The position numbers and the translations under genes are program-made. A DNA stretch of 64,000 bases from Lepidodermella squamata (Eukaryota > Animalia > Gastrotricha), in NCBI GenBank assembly GCA_047495785.1, contig JBLDXI010000033.1, forward strand, positions 248,001-312,000, given 5' to 3'. Positions 11,937 to 23,768 of this stretch are shown piece by piece (the first letter of the stretch is position 1; every line of letters begins with the position of its first letter). The notes under the pieces were generated by a model. The model saw only the letters and a program-made list of their open reading frames with translations, searched no databases and was not told where the DNA came from.

Positions 11937-12488
11937 ATGAGAAGTTTCGAGAAGATCTTTGGCCCTTATGAATACGATGCTCGAGTCGAATCTTCGGATT
12001 GGCAAAGTTTGGACCTACTCGCCGGGCTGAAGTCGCTGGAAGATGTTCAAAAGTTGCAGCGTGAGATTCAATTCGAAATCTGCGGTGGGGAAAAGTTGGT
12101 CGAAGAGTTGGCAGCTAAACACGAGCGGATTCGCATTGTTGGCAACAAATTGTTCGAAGCTAAGAAATACGCGGAAGCTTATGAATCTTACAAATCAGCC
12201 ATTTTCTCAGCGGATTGGCCACCGCCTGATGATATCCGTTTCTACACAAACGCTGCCCAGTGTTTAATTCAGCTTGCTCGATACGAAGAAGCTGTTATTT
12301 TCGCGAAATTTGCGCTTCAGATCAATTCTGATTCGATTCGAGCGAGTCAGTTGTGTGCGACTGCATTTGCTCATCTTGGTTTCGATCGCAAGGTTGAGAA
12401 TGAATTGGCTCACATGCAGTACGTCGCGTCGCCTCGAGCTGGGAAGGATTTTATGACAGGTAATTATTCAATATCAGTCGTGGTGTGA
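11937..12488 (+). CDS. TPR-repeat protein (possibly partial or a pseudogene)
   Basis: GNKLFEAKKYAEAYESYKSAI, FYTNAAQCLIQLARYEEAVIFAKFALQIN and SIRASQLCATAFAHLG form three TPR-like motifs. A possible splice donor near 12460 has no downstream exon that I could find. Confidence 0.7.
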   Translation: MRSFEKIFGPYEYDARVESSDWQSLDLLAGLKSLEDVQKLQREIQFEICGGEKLVEELAAKHERIRIVGNKLFEAKKYAEAYESYKSAIFSADWPPPDDIRFYTNAAQCLIQLARYEEAVIFAKFALQINSDSIRASQLCATAFAHLGFDRKVENELAHMQYVASPRAGKDFMTGNYSISVVV

Positions 12489-13242
12489 ATTGATGCGGGT
12501 TTAATACGGCGCACAATTTTCCGATCCTTAGTCTGGAATTCGCACATCGTTTGCGACAAACCAGGGCTGCATCACAATTTTTACATTCTTGAAAAATTGG
12601 TTAAGGTTACCTTTATCTGACTAAAAAGTTGCCACTTTTTCAACTGCCGGCTGTCATTCTATAACCACGGGGTTCTCCGGGCTCAAATTTGGACCATGAA
12701 CAGTCAGAACCCATTCCAGTAAGCTCACAAAATTTCATGAGCTAATTCTTCACCGTTAGAGAGCCACCGTTGCTGAAAGTCAAAATAGTTAAGCATACTT
12801 TAAGTTATAAATCCACAAGGTCTGGGCCCAATAGGACACAAATTTAGCGAGTATGTAAAGGGAATGACCTGGTTTGTAGGACAGCTATAAGCTGTACGAC
12901 TGAAAATATTCAAAAAAAATTAGGTGCTTTAGTGAATAAAAAGACTAGAATGACTGAGACTGAACTCTTTATTATCACTCCTAAGCTGTTTACATAGAGC
13001 CAACTTCCCGCCAACATTGATATCAACAATAACAATAACACGTGAATGAATGTAATTAGGCATTAGGCACGCGATCTTGGTTAGGGTGAGAAATTACGCT
13101 CGGCAAGAGCCCAACCTCACATACTTCCCCACCCTACCAAATCGTATTTACGATGAGAATAACTTTTACTAGCATATTTTCAATCATATTCATCACAAAT
13201 CACAGGAAATAATATATTATTTAGATTCCCAGTCAAAAGTCT

Positions 13243-13316
13243 GTAGGCCTAGACTAGGCTCCTAGGCCTAGCATAGGCCTAAGTGCACCGAGCCTACAAC
13301 CGGTCTAGGCCTAGCA
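13243..13316. repeat. Cluster of palindromic TAGGCCTA/CTAG units
   Basis: gtaggcctagactaggctcctaggcctagcataggcctaag...ctaggcctagc. Confidence 0.7.
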
Positions 13317-13803
13317 CTTGGTTGTTATAACAATTTGAAACATTCCGATGAAAAGGCACATACGTTTCATGGCAAAACAATATGGATATCAATATGAGAG
13401 AGAGTTACGAAAATGATCGCGAAAAGTCTGAACAAATTACCACAGTTTCCTTCAAATTAATATTGAGCAATTTTTAGGGTGTAGCAAAGTATTATATCAC
13501 CAATCGAAAAGCGATGACGAGCATTGAGACGAATTTAATATATAGCAACAACACACGTAGCTATGTGAATTCGATTTTTTTCAAATTCAACTATAATTTC
13601 ACTCAGAAATATTATGCGAGACAAATCCATTGAAAAGGAGATTTTCACGAAAGTAAGAATTGTTCAGCGAACTTCTCTAGCTTGAATCTCCGACAATAAG
13701 CAGTTAACTCACGTTCCAGAAAACTGGCGAGAAATACAATCAGATACGGATCGTCACATCGAAATTCGATACAAAAAAAATTAAAATCCATCAGCAAAAA
13801 CGG

Positions 13804-14421
13804 CTAATGCATATAGCGGCGCGTTTTGTGGCCATCAATAAGCTGCTGCAGCCAGCCACGCATTCGGCTTTTTAGCTCCTCGTATAGGTCTTCTCGAAGG
13901 CTGGGTATAATCGAAACCCTGAGCTGATGTGATATTTCGTCCTCGAGCTCCGACACCACGGCTGAGATGAGGTCACCCTTCACCTCGGCGATGACAGCGT
14001 CGCGGAGTGTTGGCCAATGTTGGGAATCCAGCAGCAAATCGACGCAATTTTCCGTCGCTTCGTCGATTGTTAGTCGGGCATCTTCGAGGTGGTGGTCAAT
14101 AGTCGCCGCGATTTGAGTCTCAGCCTGTAAAAGCGGTATGATTATTAATGAAAAAAATGAATGAGTAATTGCCTCACTTCATAAACAATCTCATCGACTT
14201 CGGCCCGAATTCGCTCCACGACAGCTTGCCCGTGATCGCAGATCGGCATCGGCGGGGTTACGGGACGAGGCGGCTCGGTTAGAGTTCGCGGCAGTTTTCG
14301 TTGACGCTTGGCCTGATTGGGAGAAACAAGATATTGTCGAGCAGTTCCATCAAAAAATATAATACCGCTCACCTCTGGCTCACCGGGTAAGCTGCTCTCT
14401 GATAACATTTCGCTAACATTT
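13804..14421 (-). CDS. Spliced hypothetical protein, alpha-helical; 5' end unresolved
   Basis: ORFs 14145-14408 and 13804-14037 join in frame through a 53-nt GT-AG intron (14177-14125): ...DEIVYE|AETQIAATIDHH... Confidence 0.5.
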
Positions 14422-14889
14422 CTAAAAAAAAAAATTGGAAAAATCCTAATTCAGCTGCCGCCGTGTTCAGTCCGCCACGTAATTCTGGGAAAAAAGTAAC
14501 CAATAAATAGTCAAACTTGTTCGTCGAGAAACTTACTATTCAGGTTAATATCGGATATTTGTTGTCGAAAATTGAGCCAGTCTATTTTCCAGCGAAACTC
14601 TTCTCGATACTGTCTGAAATAAAAACAAGCGAATTATTAATTTGGACGGGAACATGATAAGTGAATATTCATCACAGATTTTAAACAAATTTTTCCTCAT
14701 AGTATATTTTACCTAACTAATATTATGACCCATTAATATATGCATTGATTTGGCGAAACCACGATCCTGAATTTTGGTTCCTCTTTCCAGAAATTGTCCC
14801 AGTGTATCAGCTTTCCCTTTCTCGGTTTGCGGCTTCCTTTCAACTTGAAGTCAACTTGCTTTATAATCTTATAATTCGAAGCAAACATC

Positions 14890-15960
14890 TTCCGGTTAAT
14901 GCTTCCTAAGCTCGATTACTCCCTTCCGGCCTATCATTTAGCAGCCAAAAATATCTCAAAGCTAGCTTTCGACGTTTCAAAATTCCCTACTGCTACAAGC
15001 TCAACCGATTGTTCACTGATCGCATTTTTAGACTGTATTACTACTTGGCACCCTGCCGCTATAACACTTATGGTCGCGAACGATGGTGAGCAGGATAAAT
15101 CAATCCCGAACGCTGTTTGCCTCAGAAATTCACCTAGATCGCCTCTTAGTGTCTTACTAGACAGGCCGATATCGGTTTTTGCAGTAAATGTTTTTCTTGG
15201 CAGAACCCTTTATATCGCTGCAAAGTAAGGCCATTTGGAAGTCGTCAAATATCTTCCTGAATACAGCCTCAAGTTGGCTAAATTGAGGAAAAACTGTGGA
15301 ACGAAACAGGTCGATTTAGCTCGTAGAAAGGGCCTTGATAACTCGGCAGTCGAAATATTTTAGCGAATGTGGGCACCATCACTGCATTAATTGCATTCGT
15401 CAACTCAAAAATGTCAAAGAACGTTTTTAGGCCGATTTCAAAGAACGCTCTTTCCAAGTAATATCGGATTGAGGGCTGCACGAACATATTCGTCAGTGAA
15501 TGGCGACCGTCGTCAATCGCAATAGCCTGTAAGCGAGGATGATCAGATTACCTGCGCCTTCTGGTTAATTCTCCCTAAGCTCGACTTTTCCCATCTGGCC
15601 TATAATTTAGCAGCCAAAAGTCTCCGGAAGGTAGCTATGGACGTTTTGAAGATCCCTAGTATTATATACTGAATTATTTCATCACTTATCGCATTTTGAC
15701 TGTATTCTCTTCTTTAGCACACCGTTTGTTTTTCTGGAGAGCTCGGTGATTTCATGAAAATAATTGAGTGCACGCACTGCACGCACTGGGGCTTCGTTTG
15801 GCCTCAGCGGCGCCATTTAGAAGTCTTCGGCAAATGTGGTCACCATCAATGCATTAACTGCGTTCGTCAATTCAAAAATGTCAGTAAGACTGTTGTCAAA
15901 ATTTATACCCAGTACGACCCAGTACTTCAGGTTACGACCAATCGACCCAGTGCTTCATCT
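14890..15960 (+). pseudogene. Decayed ankyrin-repeat gene, internally duplicated
   Basis: LGRTLYIAAK*GHLEVVKYL (ankyrin motif with a stop) at ~15197-15257. 14894-15040 resembles 15563-15700, and 15367-15420 resembles 15834-15885. Confidence 0.65.
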
Positions 15961-16994
15961 TAGGGTTGATTTTTTAAAACAAAATTCTCAGTTGCGAGGT
16001 GCATAGTAGCCGTTAGGATAAATCGTCTTGGCATTCGTACTGTCACGTTAGTCTAGAATTTCAGCCTTATAATCTATAGAAGATTATAGAAGATTATACT
16101 ACGCAGCAAAACCGATCGACTTGGCTCGATGAAAAGGTCATAATGACTCAACGGTCGAAACAGGCTAAATAAGGCTGTTAACTGGAAAAATTCCAAGTCA
16201 ACAATCACTCTCAAGTCCAATCACTACAAATCTCACTCAGAAATGTGCGAAAAATATGAACATGGCATCAACATCGAAAATATTCTCCTTAGTATTCTCA
16301 AGCCACGCGATCTTGCTGAGTTTCTGAAACAATTTAGACTCAGCAATGCGAAAAATCGAAAAAAAATAAGTCAAAAAATCACTACAGCGACTAAAATAAA
16401 TATAGAATTTACTCATCTCCACTCGACTTCTTTAAGATGATTCAAGCTGATTTAGATAATGTGCTACAATTAGAACTATATTCTGGTTGAAAAACCGTAG
16501 TTTGCCGAACTTTTAAAAAGGATTCCAAGTCAAAAAACCAATTACAAATTCATAAATGGCGTAATGAACCCAAATCCAATGTTTAAAAAATTTGAAAAAG
16601 TAATTTAAAAATATTACAGCTCACCTAATTGATGTCACGTAAATCGACAAGATTTGGTATTTTAACGATGAATTTATCAGCGTTGCTTGAGAACTGATAA
16701 CAGCGGAACATAGTGATTTCAAACACGTTGACGAACAATTCTCCAGCCGCCTTCTTGGGTTGAACAATTTTTCTGACCGCACCCATGTGGGGCTTTGTAG
16801 TAACAGCGGTTACAGACATGTAAACGCGCCGACTGTCCTTGTCGAAGCAGAAATAATTGACTTTCAAGTACTCGATGGTCAAATCTGGTGTATGAATAAT
16901 AGTATCGGCGAAGTAGATTGGACTCAAGTCGTCTGACACCCTTTTCCTTAACTTCGGCCAAGTCAGATGTTAGATTTATATTATCAAGACAGCA

Positions 16995-17261
16995 TTAAGT
17001 CAGTAGACGGTAGAGGCTGGACTGGTAGAACCGATAGCCCCGACCCCGGTTTGGCGGACGATCGAACCCGCGGCGTTTGACAAAGCGGCAGGCCTTTGTC
17101 GAGTGAGTGTCTACCTCGCAGTTGTCGCACCAAAGCTCAGCAGGCTCACCATCGGGGCTTCTGGCCCATCGCTTGAAAACCGCGCCAACATCTCTGACCA
17201 TGTGAAACAACTTGCCCTCCTGCTCTATAGCGGAATCATTACATGTCTGCACATTTCCCAT
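16995..17261 (-). CDS. Small CCHC zinc-knuckle protein with RG-rich tail (gag-nucleocapsid-like, probably TE-derived)
   Basis: CDNCEVDTHSTKAC is an exact C-x2-C-x4-H-x4-C, followed by RRGFDRPPNRGRGY. Confidence 0.5.
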   Translation of the reverse strand: MGNVQTCNDSAIEQEGKLFHMVRDVGAVFKRWARSPDGEPAELWCDNCEVDTHSTKACRFVKRRGFDRPPNRGRGYRFYQSSLYRLLT

Positions 17262-17699
17262 AACGTGGCTTTATCGCGAGTTTTGCAAGCGTGGAAGAAA
17301 GGATTTACACGATGCATTGCTTTTTCACAATTGAATCGCAATGTTCAGAGAAAGAGAGTTTATCATCAATCAATGCCGAGATCTCGAATGGAATTAGCAA
17401 TTGTCAATTCGTGGTCACCAATTTTATAGATCGTTGTAGGCAAGGGTTTATCCAGCCACCCTCAACCCACCCCCAACCAACCCCCAAAATTTCGTTACAC
17501 ATCCCCAAATTTCATACCAACTAGCGGAGCTGGCAGCTTTATTGCGTCGACGGCGCTTCAAGCTGTCACTTATCTTCCTTCCTCTTCTTCTGTTTTTGAC
17601 GACAGACATCTTCATCACTCGAAGTAGACGAATTAGCAGACGGCTGGCTGGATGACGAAGATGTTGAATCTGTATCGGACAGCATTTGAGCAACGTCTA

Positions 17700-17830
17700 G
17701 AGAGACGAGCAAAGTTGAAGTTGCCAAGAATTCGTCCATTCGTTAATTTGGTCAAGTGCGAGATTCAGGTCAGAGACGTTGTTTTTATAAGTCGGCACTA
17801 CCACCGGCGTCAGCGATCACGAAAAGTGTG
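17700..17830 (-). pseudogene. Short non-LTR (CR1/L2-like) reverse transcriptase fragment
   Basis: DLNLALDQINEWTNSWQLQL matches the RT motif LQ.DL..l..W...WqL. Confidence 0.55.
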
Positions 17831-18439
17831 GCAGCCAAGGCTTTTCCAGCCGTTTTCCAGCAGACATCAGCTGATCGATAATTGTTGATGATGAGTGGCT
17901 CCATGGTATCTAGATCGAAAAGGGGATTATGCGGTTCAACGGCTTCTGTTTCTCACGCTTTCCAGAAAGTAGCTAAGTACCAGCGAAAATTCACGAGGCA
18001 ATCACACTCACTTCGAATACTTGAGGCGTAAAAGAATGAGTGTAAGAATGAGACAAATCGGTATAGGGAATATACAATTTTACCTAGTCATTTGAACTAA
18101 TTTACCGGCCTTGTCACGCTTGGTGGTTGACGATTTCACTTCGTTAATGACATAATCGGTTTTTTCTTGTAATTTTCGCTCACGCATAGATGAGAATTGC
18201 TCAAGAGTTGCCCAAGTGGCGTCGCTGAATCGAATTTCAACCAATGACTCCCTGGATGACACCTTCGGCTGAATGAGCTTTTTCGCGGAGTTGCTTGCCT
18301 TCTGCGCCAGAACGGATTAGCCTTGTATTAGCATTCACAGAATTAATAATAAGTACTTGGGTTACTTGGGTTAATTGGGCTTGGGTTAGAAGTCTGAAGA
18401 TATTCTTCTTCAGGGCTTCCTCCTCTATAGATAGAGCGG

Positions 18440-18768
18440 GGTTAGTCGTAGAAGAGTAGCCCCTCCTTTCTACAGTAACACGACCCTCCTTTCCACAACC
18501 CTTGGCCCTTGGTACATTTACACAGCGCTTTTCGCACCAGTCGAGGCTTCTTCCGGACATCTTTGCTTTCGGCATCCTTCTTGGGTCGTTTCTTGTCGAC
18601 GCCGGATTGATGTTGAAACGCCGCGGTATCGGCGACCGACCATATATTTGAGATTATAGCGAATGGCAATAAGAGCGATCGAGATAAGTTGATCCTCCCC
18701 ATTTTCGCTAAAATCCAAGTTTTTAATATTTGTAGTGTCGAAAAGTTTCCAGAGTGCTTTTCTTCGCC
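18440..18768 (-). pseudogene. CXC-like Cys-rich domain fragment, probably a TE accessory ORF; its 5' part is duplicated at 10078-10149
   Basis: ALCKCTKG(frameshift)CGKEG/SCYCRKEGLL. The 70-bp block gtagtgtc..aaagtttccagagtgcttttcttcgcc is shared with 10078-10149. Confidence 0.45.
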
Positions 18769-19255
18769 TATAAATTAATAGTCAAAGATAAGTAGTCGAA
18801 GAAGCGTAGTAAATTGACCTCAATTTTTGTTTTCACAAAATCGTTAATTTAAAGATAAAAATCATTCTTGAAGATAGAATTTTCGCAGAGCCGCTAGGAG
18901 TTTCGACCAAGATGAGCGCTGTTCGATGAGCTGAGTTGAAATTTTGAGCAAAATTATGTCCCAGTTTTCGCTTTTTGCAAAGGGCAAGCGGAAACTTTGG
19001 TGTAGGTTCATCAGGTGCGCAGCGCTTATTTGCAAGATTCCGGCGCCACTTCTTCGCCGAAGTCAAAGTCGACGACGGCGTCGATTTAGATTTTGATACG
19101 TGCTTGCGGTATTTATTAAGAACGTGGACTTTGCGGTAAGGACTGAGGGAAAATAATGTAATGACGAAAGATCTTAACAAAGGAGATTAGCTGGTTAATA
19201 GATTGAATAAAAATAACAATTACCCGGAAACTTCGAATTCTGAAATGGTTGTTGA

Positions 19256-20179
19256 ATGCAACCAAATGTTCTTAAGAGCTTAAATTTCTGTATAATTTAC
19301 ATTTTTCAATATTTTATCTTAGAACTCGAAGCTAAGATTGGTCAAATTCGCATCAATCGCAAATCAGGCCCGGAAACCCGCTTCGATGCTGCGTCGCTGA
19401 AATCCGCAAAAGAAAGGCTGATTCTACTCGGAACTTCGCCATCAATCACTCCAGCCGGCTGTTTCGAAAAGACTGAAGCAAAATTTTTATTTACCTTGTA
19501 TGAACTCGTCCTGCATGCTCAAGAATGCCCTCGATTTCTCAAAGACGCATCTCTGATGAAAGTTATCCCTCGAATTCCGCTGATAGCTCGACTCTTTTCT
19601 ACTAAAATCGATTTTACAACATTGCATTTTTTCGAAGCAATGGTTTTGCAGCTGGTCTTTTTGTTACTGATTCATCTCACTGAAACCCCTGAAATTCGAA
19701 ATCACACAGTAGATCACTTGATTTTCACTCCTGGTCTATGGTTCTTTGAATTTTTATGCTCGCTGGGTGGACAAATGGTGAAACGTGACGCGATTCGATT
19801 GCTGGTCCAATCACCCGTTCATCGGCTGATTTTTGAACATTTTCTCCGAATCGTACTTCAAGTGGAAACCAGCTTGGACATGCGTGATAATTTCATCAGA
19901 GACCGTTTCCCGATTTGCGATCCAACGTTCGGTATTCACTGTTGGCTTGCGGCGTTTTGCTCAACCCCAAAACTGGTTATGCGCGAGGAAAATTTGTTTG
20001 TATTGGCTCTGACGAGATTCAGGAACTTCATCGATGAGAAGCTGAAATGGATTTTGGACCCATGGCGCAAAGCTACCCAATCTGAGCTTGGAAATTCTAT
20101 TGCAATTGCTTCAAATCTAAGTGAGTTGTTTAATCATTTTTTCCTAGAAGTCCGCCTGGGTTCAGGGGAAGATATATAA
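19256..20179 (+). CDS. Hypothetical alpha-helical protein, probably an exon of a gene whose 3' part has decayed
   Basis: 307-codon ORF with a plausible acceptor at ~19322 and donor at ~20121. No motif recognised. The downstream segment 20478-20630 is partly duplicated at 21567-21710. Confidence 0.4.
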   Translation: MQPNVLKSLNFCIIYIFQYFILELEAKIGQIRINRKSGPETRFDAASLKSAKERLILLGTSPSITPAGCFEKTEAKFLFTLYELVLHAQECPRFLKDASLMKVIPRIPLIARLFSTKIDFTTLHFFEAMVLQLVFLLLIHLTETPEIRNHTVDHLIFTPGLWFFEFLCSLGGQMVKRDAIRLLVQSPVHRLIFEHFLRIVLQVETSLDMRDNFIRDRFPICDPTFGIHCWLAAFCSTPKLVMREENLFVLALTRFRNFIDEKLKWILDPWRKATQSELGNSIAIASNLSELFNHFFLEVRLGSGEDI

Positions 20180-20699
20180 TTCCGTCGTGTGGCAGGGTCT
20201 AGAATTGCCGAAATTAATGACAGATTGCTTGCGCCAAGCAATTGTAGATTAGTATTGCATCATCGGACAAAGCATTATCACTGTCTGCCTGGCGGCCTTT
20301 GACAGTTGATGGGCAACTCCTTGACAATGTGAAGCATTCAATAATACGCTTGTCGCATTTCGTTGTATCCAAAACACCTAGATCGTAACGCATGTTTGAA
20401 GATGTAGTACACAAGGTGAAGTTTGAAATGCTGAACCCGCGAGCATTAAAATATTATGGAGTAAAATCGCATCTCAAGGCCTCGCATTGGCGGGCATTCA
20501 ACTGAAATAGCTGTTGCTTTATCGAATTGAACTGCCTAGGTTGTCCATTCTGTCACCCAATCTGAAATCGGCCGAAAGAAATGTAGCCATGGCACGAACT
20601 CTGGTCACAAGCTTTGAAGCATGGTGTAATCGCACACAAGAATTTTCGTATTTTGTACTTGTTGCTCTTCGCGTCTTAAGCTCTTTCGGTCTTCCGTAG

Positions 20700-21472
20700 C
20701 CCATTTTACACATTCGCTGCAGAACGCCCGCGCCGTACACGTCCGCGATAGCACCTGCTACAGCCGGCGCACCATGCGGCCTATGTTGCTGTACACCTAT
20801 AATGAAGTGGAATTAATGATATTTTAAGAAGGATTAAGCGCCACACTTACCGCACACTCGTAAATAAGCATCCTTCACACTCTTCAAGACAAAACGGTGA
20901 TCCTCCCGCCTATCTCCTCCAGTAACGGCTACCGCAACAGGGTGACAGTTTTGTTCCTTGTCGCTTGTACCCATAACCACGCCGAGAATGTTGCGGCCGG
21001 TTTCCGAACCACTGGACTCTTCAATGACCGCTCAAATCTCTGCTTGTCATACGCCGCTTTACCATGAGTTTCGTATCTCCACCACCATTCTTTCTGCTCC
21101 GTCTCTTCCCACTTGCGTATGTAGCTTATTTCTTGCGGGTCCATATCGGTTTCGCCGGTGCAATATGAATACGCGCTGTATCCTGATCTGACTCGTTGTT
21201 TATCACGAGAAATTCAGCTGCAGATGTAATTGAAAAAACTAGATGTTCGAGTGATCTGCTGCAGGAGAACGCCTTATAACTTTGGTCCAGCTCACGCTGA
21301 CCTCTTCCGAAGAAGGGGCTTTGCGCTTCGAACGCTTCGGCTTGGGCAGCTGATCAACAAAAGGTTTCGGACACTCAGGAAATAACTTTGGGGCCGTATT
21401 AGATTTCGACAAGCCAGGTATTTCCTCCGAGCGCCAGTGATCTTGAAAAAAGGCGCATGTCTTTGGATACAT
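20700..21472 (-). pseudogene. Mutator (MULE) transposase remnant
   Basis: LGVVMGTSDKEQNCHPVAVAVTGGDRREDHRFVLKSVK, an intron, then HGAPAVAGAIADVYGAGVLQRMC matches the MULE core GT.D..k.FHP.a.av...E...Df.f / D.a.AI.nA...Vf....mC. The catalytic Asp is replaced by His. Confidence 0.75.
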
Positions 21473-22397
21473 AGCGTGATGTCGGCTTGCCTAATAAACG
21501 ATGCGTGATTGCGATTTGAAATACTTATTAACTCGGTAGCATTAAAATAGTGAGAAAAACCCCCCGGGCCTCGTGTTCAACTGAAATGCCTGTTGTTGAA
21601 ATATCAAAAAAACAGCCTAGGTTCTCTATTGCGTCACCCAATCTGAAATCGGCATAAAAAAATGTAATCATGGTGCGAAGCTTGCATCCAAAAAGCATAG
21701 GGTAATCGCTTTTCCCTATGCTTTTTCATCTTCTTTGCACGTAGCTGATGGGTTTTTTAACAAACTAAGAAAAAAGAAGTTTAACACCGTAGACGCCCGT
21801 TTTTCCGTTGATGACCTTCTGCCATAACGATCAGACATCTTCTAGCAGGCCCTCTTTGATAGCAGGCCATTCAGTTGAACAGCGTTGATACTCGACCAGG
21901 ATTTCGAATTTTTCGAACAAGGAGGCTAACGAATTCGTAGACGATGGGTGAGCGAAAATTGCTGCCCGCCGAGTTTTGACTAGACTTCCTGAATGAGATA
22001 GTATTTCCGCGGTGTCAAACTGCTCTGATACTCGCCAGATATGACCCGACCGAAGCTATCTTTACAAGTGACAGTTAGAGACAGAAATCCAGGTGGGAAA
22101 TGAAAATGCGAAGCTCGGAATAATTCCGATAATCCCGCGTCACAGACTCAGGAAAGGGGGTCCGTCCGTAATGACACCCTAGGATAGGGGTGTAGCTTGC
22201 GAAGTTTGCAAATTAAATTCAAACTGCCTAATTTTAAATTTTGAGCTCAATTGCCAAGTTTTTGTAACTTGCTCTTATTTTTTATTATTTTAGGTCACAT
22301 TTTCTACTTTGTTCTTCGACAGCCCAACTGCGCCTTATACGCCTCGCCTAACGTTATTTGGTGCATACTCACCCTGGAGAAAAACATCGCCATCGCC

Positions 22398-22832
22398 ATG
22401 GGTGAACAGCCTTCCTTTGCATTTTTCGTCACTCAAAACCTACCTGTTCTCGCCCGTGAATTTCGAAATGATCCTCTCAACATTGAATTACAAGAGGACT
22501 TTGGAAGATTGGCGCATGCGACCGGCAAAGCCTTGATCCACCTGCCCAAAGTCAAGCCTTTCTGGTACTCTCCACCTTGTTACAAAGGCCTGGCGGATAG
22601 GGGAAATTTTCTCGAAGAGCTTGTTTCACTTGGCAACGCCCTGGCTTCTCCTGATCGACTATTCAGCCGCATCGAAAGCAAAGACCTGACGCGTTTGCAG
22701 GAAAATATCAGTTTTGCGCTGTTTTTGTATGGGCTGAATTCGGAGAAATTCGCGGCTGATATAAAAACATTGGACCCGCTTGAAACACAGCGCCAGACTT
22801 GCATGCGATTCATGAATAAAGGAAATCGATAG
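22398..22832 (+). CDS. Hypothetical protein (orphan)
   Basis: ORF of 144 aa from ATG 22398, or longer via an acceptor at ~22292. AATAAA at 22861. No motif recognised. Confidence 0.45.
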   Translation: MGEQPSFAFFVTQNLPVLAREFRNDPLNIELQEDFGRLAHATGKALIHLPKVKPFWYSPPCYKGLADRGNFLEELVSLGNALASPDRLFSRIESKDLTRLQENISFALFLYGLNSEKFAADIKTLDPLETQRQTCMRFMNKGNR

Positions 22833-23768
22833 ATGGAAATATTACTGTCATAAAATGAAAAATAAAACTGTTAAATGATATTTTTCAGCGCTGTTTGCTG
22901 TAAAGATTTTTTTTTAGCAAGTTGTAACACGGGGTTACGCAGATGCAGCTATTAACTTGAAAATTACGTCCGGATTCATTGTGTCCTTTTATGTTGACAA
23001 AGATTCCTCATGCGCCCGTAGGTCGGCCTACAGCAACAGAACAAAACTTGTGGCGGAGGATTATCATCAAGTTCATGCACCAATTTCGATCATTTTCATT
23101 CTATTGAGAAAATGGACGGCTGTTATAAGCACCTGATAACGATGTTAAGGATAGGACACAATGGCTGAAAATGGGCTAAACTATTTCTCGGTAAAGTTGT
23201 ATTATTACGCAAGTTGTATCAAGTCATTTGATAGCTTGAATTTGATGGGATAAAAAATCAGCTGACCAAAGCACGATTAGCGGTCTTAATACGATAAGAT
23301 AAAAATCACTTTTACTCCAGGGCAATTTTTATTTACCTCTTGCGATTCCAAATTATTCGTAAATATTTCTGATGAAACAATAAACTCTATCAAGAAACCC
23401 AAGGCAAAACCAAGAACGGGAGACATATTGGATCGAAATCAAGGCATACAGTTCTCCACGCCACAAATGAGACACTTCAGCTTGGGTACAAAAGACGATT
23501 ACCCTGGTGTTAAAAGGTGTCAGAACGCTCGAATTCACATGAGTACAGTACATAGAGAATGAGAAATGGTGAAAATAAGACTTGGATAATTGCTGATGGA
23601 CTTTAAAGAGGAGAGCGAATTAAATGAATAAATCCAAAGAATTATCGCAAATTTGACAAGAATTTGTCTCAATATTTATAGCTTGTATTATTATCAGCAT
23701 TTTCCATCAGCTTTCGAACAGCCATTAATTATGAATTTTCCTGTCCTGAAATACCTTTAATATAGTTC

